Part shown: positions 30,400 to 39,144 of the stretch, in pieces | Numbering within the stretch: the stretch's first letter is position 1 | Layout of the letters: every line of letters begins with the position of its first letter | Translations under genes and position numbers: made by a program | Source of the DNA: Betaproteobacteria bacterium | Lineage (GTDB): Bacteria > Acidobacteriota > Vicinamibacteria > Vicinamibacterales > CAVVIG01 | Assembly (NCBI GenBank): GCA_050257855.1 | Contig: JBLMXQ010000090.1 | Span: 624 to 64,623, forward strand | Length of the DNA stretch: 64,000 nucleotides | Direction: 5' to 3' | Notes under the pieces: model-generated | Seen by the model: the letters and a program-made list of their open reading frames with translations, nothing else | What the model was told of the DNA's origin: nothing | The model's database searches: none

Positions 30400-30720
30400 A
30401 TGACGACACTGTCCGAGCAGGAGTTCCGAATCCGGAGCGACGAGGCGCTCGACACCGCCCGGCGGGCGCTCCTCCGCCTCGCCGACGAGGAAGGCTTCGA
30501 AGTCGAGCTGGCCAGCGGCGTGCTGAACGTCGACTTCGAGGAACCGTCGGAGATGCGATTCGTCGTCAGCCCCAACGCGCCGGTGCGTCAGATCTGGGTA
30601 TCGGCGATGGCGCGGAGCTACAAGCTGTCGTGGGCGCCGGAGCTGAGCGCGTTCGCGCTCGACGGCGAGCCGCTGCCGGCGCTGCTCGAGCGGCTGGCGC
30701 GCCAGCACCTGCATGGCTGA
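30400..30720 (+). CDS. cyaY: Frataxin-family iron donor protein
   Basis: GVLNVDF, FVVSPNAPVRQIWVSA. Confidence 0.85.
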   Translation: MTTLSEQEFRIRSDEALDTARRALLRLADEEGFEVELASGVLNVDFEEPSEMRFVVSPNAPVRQIWVSAMARSYKLSWAPELSAFALDGEPLPALLERLARQHLHG

Positions 30721-30763
30721 GGCTTGTCTGGTACAATCTGCGCAACCTTCTTGGGAGAACCCT

Positions 30764-31468
30764 ATGCGCAGATTCCTCGTCGTCACCACGATGATCGTGT
30801 CCGCCGCCGCCGCGGGTGCCTGCAGCAAGTCGCCCGCCGACAAGACCGCCGACCAGCTCCAGAAGGGCGCCGACTCGATGCAGAAGGGCGCCGACCAGAT
30901 GGAGAAGAGCGCCGACTCGATGCAGAAGGGCGCCGATTCGATGCAGAAAGGCGCCAACTCCATGGCCAAGGGCCTCGAGGACATGGCCAAGGGCCTGGGC
31001 GCCCTGACGGGGAATCCGGACCAGAAGCCGGTCGATCCGGTCAGCTTCAGGGACCTCGAGACGGTCATGCCGGACCTGCCCGGCTGGGAGCGGGGCAAGC
31101 CGACCGGTGAGCGGATGACGAGCCCGGTCAGCTACTCGCAGGCGACGGTCACCTACACGAAGGGCAACGCGCGAATCGAGCACAAGGTAATGGACTCCGC
31201 GCTCAATCAGCTGCTCGTCGCGCCGTTCACGATGTTCCTGACCGCCGGCTACGAAAAGGAAACCGACGAAGGCTACGAGAAGTCGGTGAAGGTCGGCGAG
31301 TATCCCGGGTGGGAGAAGTGGAACAGCTCGGACAAGGACGGCGAGCTGAATGCGGTCGTGAACGGCCGGTTCATCGTGCAGATCCAGGGGCACGGCATCG
31401 ACGACCCCAAGGTCCTGCACGACCTGATGGAGAAGACCGACCTGAAGAAGCTCGCGTCGCTGAAGTAG
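30764..31468 (+). CDS. Hypothetical lipoprotein with 7-aa repeats
   Basis: Lipobox AGAC; (M/L)QKGADS heptads; GGAGA SD; TACAAT upstream. Confidence 0.8.
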   Translation: MRRFLVVTTMIVSAAAAGACSKSPADKTADQLQKGADSMQKGADQMEKSADSMQKGADSMQKGANSMAKGLEDMAKGLGALTGNPDQKPVDPVSFRDLETVMPDLPGWERGKPTGERMTSPVSYSQATVTYTKGNARIEHKVMDSALNQLLVAPFTMFLTAGYEKETDEGYEKSVKVGEYPGWEKWNSSDKDGELNAVVNGRFIVQIQGHGIDDPKVLHDLMEKTDLKKLASLK

Positions 31469-31542
31469 GCGCTCCGCGCGCGGGGGCGGGTTTCCAGGGC
31501 GGCACGGCTGTCATCCGGCAGCCGCGCCGCCCTTCGTGTCTG

Positions 31543-32022
31543 TCAGACCGTTGCGCGACCGGCCGTCGCGGTCGATCCCTGGTAGAGCGGACGCACCTGG
31601 AACAGGATGTAGAGGCCGATCAGCCCGCCCACGATCGCCGAGACGATCGCCCCCATCAGCAGCGAGGACACGATGCTGAGCAGCCGCGAATAGAAGATCA
31701 GGTTCCACCCGGACATCTTGCGCGCGAACAGGCCCGGGAGGGACATGACGTCGAGCACGAGCTCCGCACACACGACCAGCATCGCGAACCCGAAGCCCCC
31801 CGCCGCGGTCGGCGATCCCAGCGCGGCGAACGGCAGCAGGATGGCCCCGATCCCGAGCGCGAACAGCACGAGCGGCAGGCTGATGACGAGCAGCACGACG
31901 ACGATCCACGGTCCGTACTTGACGATCGCTTCCTTCCCGCCGTCGGGAATCTGGAACGGCGCTTTCTTGACCAGGTAGAAGTCGAGGAATCCGATCAGAT
32001 CCTTTGGCGCTTGCTCTTCCAT
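31543..32022 (-). CDS. Hypothetical membrane protein (about 4 TM)
   Basis: GGAGA SD before ATG 32022; KKAPFQIP, PWI, LPGLFARK..GW, YILFQVR. Confidence 0.75.
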   Translation of the reverse strand: MEEQAPKDLIGFLDFYLVKKAPFQIPDGGKEAIVKYGPWIVVVLLVISLPLVLFALGIGAILLPFAALGSPTAAGGFGFAMLVVCAELVLDVMSLPGLFARKMSGWNLIFYSRLLSIVSSLLMGAIVSAIVGGLIGLYILFQVRPLYQGSTATAGRATV

Positions 32023-32278
32023 GGTGTCTCCCGTGTGTCCTGGGCCCCGCTCGTTCGTTGCGAGGCGCCCGGCTTCGACGTTGATCTGGCGCCCCCCGGG
32101 GCCCGGCTCGTGGGCGGGATTATCGAATATAGAGCGCTTCCGATCCACAAAAAACGTGACCGGGCCCTCGAGCGCGTTCCGGGAGCCGGACGGTCGCTGC
32201 TGACGGCCCGACCCCGGCCGCTTCAGCCCCGGACCAGCGTTGGGCCGGCGTGTTTCGAGCTCCCGCCGCGGCGCGCGC

Positions 32279-33652
32279 TCAGGCCAGCGGCTCGAACGCC
32301 GCCGTGAAATGGCGCAGAACGGGAGGCGCGGCGGTGATCCGGTAGCCGCGCAGGCGGTCCCTGATACTTGCTACAGCAATCACCGCTTCGGCCACGTAGT
32401 CGATGTGGGACTGCGTGTAGACCCGGCGGGGAATCGCGAGCCGCACCAGATCCAGGGCGGCCGGCGTCTCGGTCCCGTCCGGATGACGGCCGAACATCAC
32501 CGTTCCGATCTCGACGCCGCGCACGCCGGCCTCGACGTAAAGCGCGTTGAGGAGGGCGATGCCCGGGTATTCGAGCGGCGGCACGTGCGGCAGCAGCGCG
32601 CGCGCGTCCAGGTAGACGGCATGGCCGCCCGGCGGCTGGATGATCGGCACGCCGGCCGCCGCTACCTTGTCGGCCAGGTAGGCGGTCGAACGGATTCTGT
32701 ACCGGAGGTACGGCTCTTCGACGACCTCCTCGAGCCCGCGCGCGATTGCCTCGAGATCGTATCCCGCCAGTCCGCCGTAGGTCGGGAACCCCTCGGTGAG
32801 GATGAGCAGGCGCCGGGAGGACTCGGCCCACTCGTTGCTGTTCATCGCGAGGAAGCCGCCGATGTTGGCGAGCCCGTCCTTCTTGGCCGACATCGTGCAT
32901 CCGTCGGCCAGGCTGAACATCTCGCGCGCGATGTCGATCGGCGCGCGATCCTGCTGGCCGGGCTCGCGCTGTCTGATGAACCACGCGTTCTCGGCGAACC
33001 GGCAGGCGTCGAGGAAGAACGGCTTGCGGAACCGGTCGCAGAGCCGCCGGATGGCGCGCAGGTTCCCGAGGGAGACCGGCTGGCCGCCGCCCGAGTTGTT
33101 CGTCACGGTGGCCATCACGAGCGGGACGCGGTCGCCCTCGCGATCGAGCAGCGCCTCGAGCGCGCCCACGTCGACGTTTCCCTTGAACGGATGGACGAGC
33201 GAGGGCTCGCGCCCTTCGGGGATGACGAGGTCGCGCGCCTCGGCCCGCTCGACCTCGATGTTCGCGCGCGTCGTGTCGAAATGGTTGTTGTTCGGCACGA
33301 TGTCGCCCGGACGGAGGATCGAGTGGAACAGGATTCGCTCGGCCGCGCGCCCCTGGTGCGTCGGGATGATGTGGGCGAAGCCGGTCAGGTCGCGCACGAC
33401 GCGCTCGAAGCGGTAGAACGAGCGGCTGCCGGCATACGACTCGTCGCCCTGCATCAACGCGCCCCATTGCGCCGACGACATGGCGCCGGTGCCGGAATCG
33501 GTGAGCAGATCGATCAGCACGTCCTCGGCGCGCAGCTTGAACACGTTGTGCTCGGCGCGCGCCAGCGCCGCCGCGCGCTCGTCCCGCGTCGTGAACTTCA
33601 GCGCCTCGACCGACTTGATCCGGAATGGCTCGATGATCGTGTGAAACTGCAT
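32279..33652 (-). CDS. tnaA: Tryptophanase
   Basis: EPFRIKSVE, IDLLTDSGT, QGRAAE, MSAKKD (PLP Lys), GFPTYGG; FDTT and LRHFTA are tryptophanase-type residues. Confidence 0.88.
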   Translation of the reverse strand: MQFHTIIEPFRIKSVEALKFTTRDERAAALARAEHNVFKLRAEDVLIDLLTDSGTGAMSSAQWGALMQGDESYAGSRSFYRFERVVRDLTGFAHIIPTHQGRAAERILFHSILRPGDIVPNNNHFDTTRANIEVERAEARDLVIPEGREPSLVHPFKGNVDVGALEALLDREGDRVPLVMATVTNNSGGGQPVSLGNLRAIRRLCDRFRKPFFLDACRFAENAWFIRQREPGQQDRAPIDIAREMFSLADGCTMSAKKDGLANIGGFLAMNSNEWAESSRRLLILTEGFPTYGGLAGYDLEAIARGLEEVVEEPYLRYRIRSTAYLADKVAAAGVPIIQPPGGHAVYLDARALLPHVPPLEYPGIALLNALYVEAGVRGVEIGTVMFGRHPDGTETPAALDLVRLAIPRRVYTQSHIDYVAEAVIAVASIRDRLRGYRITAAPPVLRHFTAAFEPLA

Positions 33653-33660
33653 ATGCACCG

Positions 33661-33687
33661 GTAGGGGACGGTCTTCAGAACCGTCCC
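33661..33687. repeat. Single GTAG REP hairpin
   Basis: GTAGGGGACGGTCTTCAGAACCGTCCC. Confidence 0.85.
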
Positions 33688-33699
33688 GTGTGAGACCGC

Positions 33700-34698
33700 C
33701 TACAATCGAAATCCGCCGGCCAGCGGATCGTCCTCGTCCACCATGAACGTGTGCTCGCCGGTAATCCACGCGGAGCCCTCGATCTCGGGCACGATCGCCT
33801 CGTGGGGCCCGACAGACGTCCGCGCCGCGATCCGCCCGGAGAATCGCGTGCCGATCAGGCTTTCGTGCACGAAAGGCCTGTCTTCCGACAGCAGGCCCAT
33901 CGCATCGATCACGGCCATGACGGCGGCGGTCCCGGTTCCGCACGGCGAGCGGTCGACCGCGGCGTCGGCGAAGACGGTGACGTTGCGCAGGTCGCTCCGA
34001 TCGTCGCTCGGCGGCCCGGTGAAGATCGTGCCGTACACGCCCTCGAGTCCGCGATCGATCGGATGCGCGACCTGATGGCTCGCGTCGATGGCGTGCCTGA
34101 TCTCGGTCCCGAGACGCCGCAGCTCCGGCAGGTGCGCGGCATCGATCGGCAGGCCCGCCGCCTCGCTGTCGACGATCGCATAGAAGGCGCCGCCGAAGGC
34201 CACGTCCGCGCGCACGACGCGACCGGCCGCGCGCACGGCAATTCCCGGGTACAGCACGAACGAGGGCACGTTGAGGAAGGAGACGCTGCGGACGCGAAGG
34301 CCTGACCGGTCGACTGTCGCCCGCGCGCGAATCGTGCCGGCGGGCGAATCGTAGACCACTGACACGCCGTCGCCGCCCGGAACGAGCAGCTCGCGCTCGA
34401 GCGCGATCGTCGTGACGGCGATGACGCCGTGGCCGCACATCGTGCTGTAGCCCTCGTTGTGCATGAACAGCACTCCCGCGTGGGCGCCGGGAGAGACAGG
34501 CTCGGTGAGGACCGCGCCGTACATGTCGGCGTGGCCGCGCGGCTCGAGCATCAGCGCCCGCCGCAGGTGATCGGCGTGCTTCCTCACCCACTCGCGGCGC
34601 GCCATCATCGTCCGGCCCTGCGGCGCCGGAAAGCCGTCGACGATGAGCCGGAGCGGCTCGCCGCCGGCGTGCGCGTCGATTGTCTTCATCCGGATCAT
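33700..34698 (-). CDS. Proline racemase / hydroxyproline 2-epimerase family
   Basis: IDAHAGGEPLR, EPRGH.DM, MCGH and DRSPCGTG (Cys/Cys pair). Confidence 0.92.
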   Translation of the reverse strand: MIRMKTIDAHAGGEPLRLIVDGFPAPQGRTMMARREWVRKHADHLRRALMLEPRGHADMYGAVLTEPVSPGAHAGVLFMHNEGYSTMCGHGVIAVTTIALERELLVPGGDGVSVVYDSPAGTIRARATVDRSGLRVRSVSFLNVPSFVLYPGIAVRAAGRVVRADVAFGGAFYAIVDSEAAGLPIDAAHLPELRRLGTEIRHAIDASHQVAHPIDRGLEGVYGTIFTGPPSDDRSDLRNVTVFADAAVDRSPCGTGTAAVMAVIDAMGLLSEDRPFVHESLIGTRFSGRIAARTSVGPHEAIVPEIEGSAWITGEHTFMVDEDDPLAGGFRL

Positions 34699-34764
34699 GC
34701 GATAGAACTGTAGCCTACCTGAGGGCTCGGGGGCTGGCCCGCCCGAAGCCGACGGCTATTTGCG

Positions 34765-35769
34765 ATGCTCGCCTTCTATTCGGACATCTTCGTGCTCCCG
34801 CTGCCGGAGACGCATCGATTTCCGATGGGCAAGTACCGGCGCCTGCGCGAGCGGCTCCTCGAGGAGGGCGTGCTGGCGAGCGGCGACCTGCAGGTCCCGC
34901 CCGCCGCCGGGTGGGACGAGCTGCGGCTGGTGCACGACGCGTCGTACGTCGACGCCGTCGCGACCGGCAGCCTCGCGCCCGGGATGCAGCGGCGAATCGG
35001 CTTTCCGTGGTCGCCCGGCATGGTCGAGCGGTCGCGGCGATCGGTCGGCGCGACCCTTGCCGCCGCGCGCGAGGTCACGAGCGGCGGCAAGGCGAACGCT
35101 TCGGGCTTCAGCGTTGCCGCGAACCTGGCAGGCGGCACCCATCACGCGTTCCGCGATCGCGGCGAAGGATACTGCGTCTTCAACGACGTGGCGGTCGCCG
35201 CACGCGTGCTGATGCGCGACCGCCTGATCGCACGCGCCCTGATCGCCGACTGCGACGTCCACCAGGGCAACGGCACGGCGGCGATCTTCCGTGAAGACCC
35301 GGCGGTTTTCACGCTGTCGCTCCACGGCGCGAACAACTACCCTTTTCGCAAGGAGCGGAGCGATCTCGACGTGACGTTCGAGGACGGCGCCGGCGACGAG
35401 GAGTACCTCGATGCCGTCGATCGCCATCTGCCCCTCGCCCTGGACCAACACCGGCCGGACATCGTGTTCTACCTCGCCGGCGCCGATCCGTTCGAGGGCG
35501 ATCGCCTCGGCCGACTCGGGCTCACGATTGCCGGCCTGCGGGAGCGCGATCGGCGCGTCTTCGCCGCGTGCCGCGATCGCGGCATTCCGGCCGTGGTGAC
35601 GATGGGCGGCGGCTATGCGCCCGACGTGGAGTCGATCGTCACGATTCATGTCAATACCGTCCGGGAAGCTGTCGGCTCTCAGCTGTCAGCGGTCGGCTGT
35701 CAGCGGTCGGCTGTCGGCTGTCAGCAGCAGCTGCAGGCGCCCGGCGCGAGGCACCCGAGAAATGATTGA
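34765..35769 (+). CDS. Histone-deacetylase-family deacylase
   Basis: HRFPMGKY, GGTHHA, GYCVFND, DCDVHQGNGT, GADP, GGGY; C-terminal tail runs through a 7-bp repeat. Confidence 0.9.
   Translation: MLAFYSDIFVLPLPETHRFPMGKYRRLRERLLEEGVLASGDLQVPPAAGWDELRLVHDASYVDAVATGSLAPGMQRRIGFPWSPGMVERSRRSVGATLAAAREVTSGGKANASGFSVAANLAGGTHHAFRDRGEGYCVFNDVAVAARVLMRDRLIARALIADCDVHQGNGTAAIFREDPAVFTLSLHGANNYPFRKERSDLDVTFEDGAGDEEYLDAVDRHLPLALDQHRPDIVFYLAGADPFEGDRLGRLGLTIAGLRERDRRVFAACRDRGIPAVVTMGGGYAPDVESIVTIHVNTVREAVGSQLSAVGCQRSAVGCQQQLQAPGARHPRND
35668..35723. repeat. Eight tandem heptamers GC(T/G)(G/C)TC(A/G)
   Basis: gctgtcg gctctca gctgtca gcggtcg gctgtca gcggtcg gctgtcg gctgtca. Confidence 0.85.
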
Positions 35770-36745
35770 TTTCCTCCTCCTCGACGAATCAGACGTCGCG
35801 TCCGTGCTCTCGATGGACGACCTCATCGAGACGATGGCGTCGGCGCTGCAGCGGTTCTCCACCGGCCGGGTCGAGCAGCCGGTCCGGACGGTCATTTCGG
35901 TGGACGGGGATCGCGCGTTCTTCGCCTCGATGCCCGCCCTGGCGCGCGATCCCGAGGCGCTCGGCGCGAAGCTCGTGACCGTCTTCGGCGGCAACCCGGC
36001 GCGCGGCCTGCCTTCGCACCTGGCGAGCATCGTGCTGCTCGACCCCGGGACCGGCGCGCTTCTCGCCCTCATGGACGGCCGCTACATCACGGAGGCCCGG
36101 ACGGCCGCCGTCTCCGCCGTCTCCTCGCGGCTGCTCGCCCGGCGCGGGGCGTCATCGCTGGCGATCATCGGCTCGGGCGTGCAGGCACGAAGCCATCTCG
36201 AGGCCCTCTCGCGCGTCCATCGACTCCGACAGGCGACGGTGTGGAGCCCGAACGCGGATCGGCGCCGCCGGTTCGCCGACGAGATGACGCCGCGCGCGCC
36301 CTGCCCGGTCAAGGCGGTGGATCACGCGGGCGAAGCGGTCGTCGGCGCAGACCTCATCGTGCTGGCGACCTCGTCTCCGACGCCGGTCATCGAGAGCGCC
36401 TGGGTGAAGCCCGGCGCGCACCTGATGGCGGTCGGCGCCTGCCGGCCGACGCAGCGGGAGATCGACCCGGCGCTCACGGCACGGGCGCGCCTGTTCGTGG
36501 ACTCCCGCACGGCCGCGCTCGTCGAGTCGGGCGACGTCGTGCTCGGGATCGCGGAAGGCCGGTTCGGACCCGATCACCTCGCCGGGGAAGTCGGCGAGCT
36601 GGTGAACGGCGCGCCGGGGCGCCGCGACGACCGTGAAATCACGATCTTCAAGTCGCTGGGGCTGGCCGTGGAAGACGTGACGGCGGCCGATCTCGCCTAC
36701 CGGCGGGCCGTCGAGAGGGGGATCGGGCAGAAGCTCCGGATGTAG
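35762..36745 (+). CDS. Ornithine cyclodeaminase/mu-crystallin family (possible ketimine reductase)
   Basis: GAKLVTVF, ITEARTAAVS, GSGVQA, FKSLGLAVED. Confidence 0.9.
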   Translation: MIDFLLLDESDVASVLSMDDLIETMASALQRFSTGRVEQPVRTVISVDGDRAFFASMPALARDPEALGAKLVTVFGGNPARGLPSHLASIVLLDPGTGALLALMDGRYITEARTAAVSAVSSRLLARRGASSLAIIGSGVQARSHLEALSRVHRLRQATVWSPNADRRRRFADEMTPRAPCPVKAVDHAGEAVVGADLIVLATSSPTPVIESAWVKPGAHLMAVGACRPTQREIDPALTARARLFVDSRTAALVESGDVVLGIAEGRFGPDHLAGEVGELVNGAPGRRDDREITIFKSLGLAVEDVTAADLAYRRAVERGIGQKLRM

Positions 36746-36785
36746 ATTGCAGGACTGCAGGAAGGAGCTCCTGCAATCCTGCAAT
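36746..36785. repeat. Inverted pairs of 8-mers forming a hairpin between convergent genes
   Basis: ATTGCAGG ACTGCAGG aaggagct CCTGCAAT CCTGCAAT. Confidence 0.75.
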
Positions 36786-36793
36786 TGGCGTCT

Positions 36794-37543
36794 TCAATTC
36801 GTCGCCGTCAGCTGCTTCTCCTGGTCCGCCATCCACTTCTGGAAGTCGGCCTGGCTCTGCACGGTCACGAAGCCGCGCATGCGGTAGTGGCCGAGGCCGC
36901 AGAGCTGCGAGCAGGTGATCTCGTAGTCGCCCACCCGCGTCGGGATGAACCAGACCGGAATCTCCAACCCCGGAATCGCGTCCTGCTTCACGCGCATCTC
37001 GTAGATGGCGAAGCTGTGGATCACATCCTTCGTGGAGAGGTGGATGAGGATCGGGCGGTCGACCGGCATGTTGAGCTGGTTGATCGTCGTGATGTCGTCC
37101 TTTCCGTTCGGATCCGTCCGATCGAGGCCCAGCGGGTTGTCGGCTGCCACGAACTTGACGTCCGTGCGGCCGAACTTGCCGTCCGGCCCGGGGTAATGGA
37201 CGTTCCACGCGAACTGTTCGCCGACGACGCGGACGACGACGGCGTCCTTTTCCGCGGGGATGTCCTGCACGCGCCTGGCCCATGCCGGAATCGCGTACCC
37301 GATGAGCAGCAGCACCTCGATGACCGCCACGCCGATCTCGACGTACCTGGAGAAGTGCCCCTTGGCGCCCTCGTAGCTCGCCTTCGGATTGGCGCCGCGG
37401 CGGAACCGGAACAGCACGTAGACGAAAAAGGTTCCCCAGCCGACGAACAGGATCGCCATCAGCCAGTGGATCAGGACGATGAGGTGGTCGATCTCGGCGG
37501 CGTGCGCCGAGGCCTCGACCGGCAGGCCCAGCAGCTTCAGCAT
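36794..37543 (-). CDS. coxB: Cytochrome c oxidase subunit II, no fused cytochrome c
   Basis: Two TM segments, QFAW, DVIHSF, DAIPG, CuA motif CSQLCGLGHYRM. Confidence 0.93.
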   Translation of the reverse strand: MLKLLGLPVEASAHAAEIDHLIVLIHWLMAILFVGWGTFFVYVLFRFRRGANPKASYEGAKGHFSRYVEIGVAVIEVLLLIGYAIPAWARRVQDIPAEKDAVVVRVVGEQFAWNVHYPGPDGKFGRTDVKFVAADNPLGLDRTDPNGKDDITTINQLNMPVDRPILIHLSTKDVIHSFAIYEMRVKQDAIPGLEIPVWFIPTRVGDYEITCSQLCGLGHYRMRGFVTVQSQADFQKWMADQEKQLTATN

Positions 37544-37800
37544 TGAGCGGTCCCCTCCGACGCCAGCGGACGTCCTCCCTCGGGTGCGGCGGCCGCCGCG
37601 GCGGCGTTGGCCCTGCGCACGAGATTCACGAAGAAGGTGCCGAAGCCGGCGAGCACGGCGCCGGTGATGACGAGCATCACCAGGATGCTCGTGTTGGCGG
37701 CGTGCGCCATCGGCGAGTCGTTCTGGCCGAAGCACACCGGGCAGGCGAGCGCCGCCCGCGGCACGGCGAGGATGAGAGCGGTCCAGATGATCCTGCGCAT
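37537..37800 (-). CDS. Small exported CxxC membrane protein in the cox operon
   Basis: Signal peptide ending ALA, then CPVCFG, then one TM; stop overlaps the coxB start. Confidence 0.75.
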   Translation of the reverse strand: MRRIIWTALILAVPRAALACPVCFGQNDSPMAHAANTSILVMLVITGAVLAGFGTFFVNLVRRANAAAAAAAPEGGRPLASEGTAQC

Positions 37801-37813
37801 GGGTCCCCCCGTT

Positions 37814-38011
37814 TTACAGCCCCTTGGTCTTCCGCTGGAATGCCGCGCCGTAGATTGCCAGCGCGGCGCCGACGGCGAGCGCGGCCACGGCAACGGTGGC
37901 ATAGCCCTCCGCGTGATCCACGCGGTACTGGCCGGCCGCCCACGCCGCGAAGAACGCGGTCAGGATGACCGACAACGCGATGAACACGAGATGAAAAGCC
38001 CGGAGCGACAT
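37814..38011 (-). CDS. 65-aa two-TM protein in the cox operon
   Basis: MSLRAFHLVFI...; fills the gap between subunit IV and the CxxC gene. Confidence 0.7.
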   Translation of the reverse strand: MSLRAFHLVFIALSVILTAFFAAWAAGQYRVDHAEGYATVAVAALAVGAALAIYGAAFQRKTKGL

Positions 38012-38015
38012 GCCG

Positions 38016-38333
38016 TCACCGGGCCTGCGCGATCGCCGTGCCGATGTGATCCGCCATCGTCAGCGTCGGGATGAAGATGAGGGCGAGGAAGAAGACGACC
38101 GTCAGCACCAGCGCGCCGTAGATCCACTGCTTTTCGTGGCTGAGATGCATGAAGACGGTTGCGACCATCGAGCCCTTCACGCCCGCGATGATCAGGGCGA
38201 CGGCGATGGCGATCGGCACCGCGAAGTGCAGCGTGCTGGCGCCCACCGTCAGCAGCGTGCAGACGAGCAGCGCCCCGAAGATGATCATGTAGCTGCGGAC
38301 GCTCTTCCTGACGTCGGCCGGTTCCGAATGCAT
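38016..38333 (-). CDS. Cytochrome c oxidase subunit IV family
   Basis: Y..IFGALL..TLLTV, K..MV...FMHL..E; GGAGA SD. Confidence 0.88.
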   Translation of the reverse strand: MHSEPADVRKSVRSYMIIFGALLVCTLLTVGASTLHFAVPIAIAVALIIAGVKGSMVATVFMHLSHEKQWIYGALVLTVVFFLALIFIPTLTMADHIGTAIAQAR

Positions 38334-38350
38334 TCCCGTCTCCTGCAGCG

Positions 38351-38548
38351 AACGGGACGGCCTGAAGGCCGTCCCCTACCGATTGTCACTGCAACGGGAC
38401 GGCCTGAAGGCCGTCCTCTACCGATTGTTTCTGCCAACGGGACGGCCTGAAGGCCGTCCTCTACCGATTGTTTCTGTAGGGGACGGTCTTCAGACCGTCC
38501 CTTCCACCGCTCTCCACGTCCCGCAGGGGACGGTCTTCAGACCGTCTC
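38351..38548. repeat. Cluster of five GTAG REP hairpins (three reverse, two forward)
   Basis: AACGGGACGGCCTGAAGGCCGTCC(C/T)CTACCGATTG at 38351, 38393, 38436; G(T/C)AGGGGACGGTCTTCAGACCGTC at 38476, 38523. Confidence 0.92.
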
Positions 38549-38558
38549 TTGCGCCGCT

Positions 38559-39143
38559 CTACAGCAGATACAACACCGGGAACAGGAAGATCCAGACGAT
38601 GTCGACGAAGTGCCAGTAGAGGCCGGTCGTCTCGATCCTGTTCGTGAACTGGTCCGGGTTCGTCTTCCACAGCTTCGCGCCCGGCCCGAGGAAGTACGCC
38701 ATGACCACCATGCCGCACAGGATGTGCAGGGCGTGGAGGCCGGTCAGCGTGAAGTAGATCGCGAAGAACGTGTCGTGCGACGGCCACTGCCCCGCCTCGA
38801 AGTGCTCCTTGTACTCGAAGTACTTGTTGACCAGGAACACGGCCGCCAGGATGAACGTCGCGCCGAGATACATCCGGTGCCGGGCCCAGTTCCTCACCTT
38901 GAGCGAGGCCCAGGCCATCACCATCGTGACCGACGAGGTGATCAGGATGATCGTGTTGATCGTGCCGAGCGGGACGTTCAGCTGATTGTGCGGCCACTCG
39001 GGCGCGCCGACGCGCAGCAGGATGTACGACGAGAACAGCGCGCCGAAGAGCATCACCTCGGAGGCGAGGAACAGCCAGATGCCCAGCTTGCCGTTGGTCA
39101 GGCCCGTGTCGGGCCGCGCTTCGACCGTGTAGGGGATGTTCAT
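38559..39143 (-). CDS. Cytochrome c oxidase subunit III (short form)
   Basis: WLFLASEVMLF, NTIILITSS, LTGLHALH, YWHFVDIVW. Confidence 0.93.
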   Translation of the reverse strand: MNIPYTVEARPDTGLTNGKLGIWLFLASEVMLFGALFSSYILLRVGAPEWPHNQLNVPLGTINTIILITSSVTMVMAWASLKVRNWARHRMYLGATFILAAVFLVNKYFEYKEHFEAGQWPSHDTFFAIYFTLTGLHALHILCGMVVMAYFLGPGAKLWKTNPDQFTNRIETTGLYWHFVDIVWIFLFPVLYLL

Positions 39144-39144
39144 G

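Noticed and set aside
32279-33652. Tyrosine phenol-lyase
   Set aside because: FDTT and LRHFT match tryptophanase; tyrosine phenol-lyase has FTTT and LRFFT
38351-38548. Possible CRISPR array inside the cox operon
   Set aside because: Spacers are near-identical and units switch orientation; REP cluster
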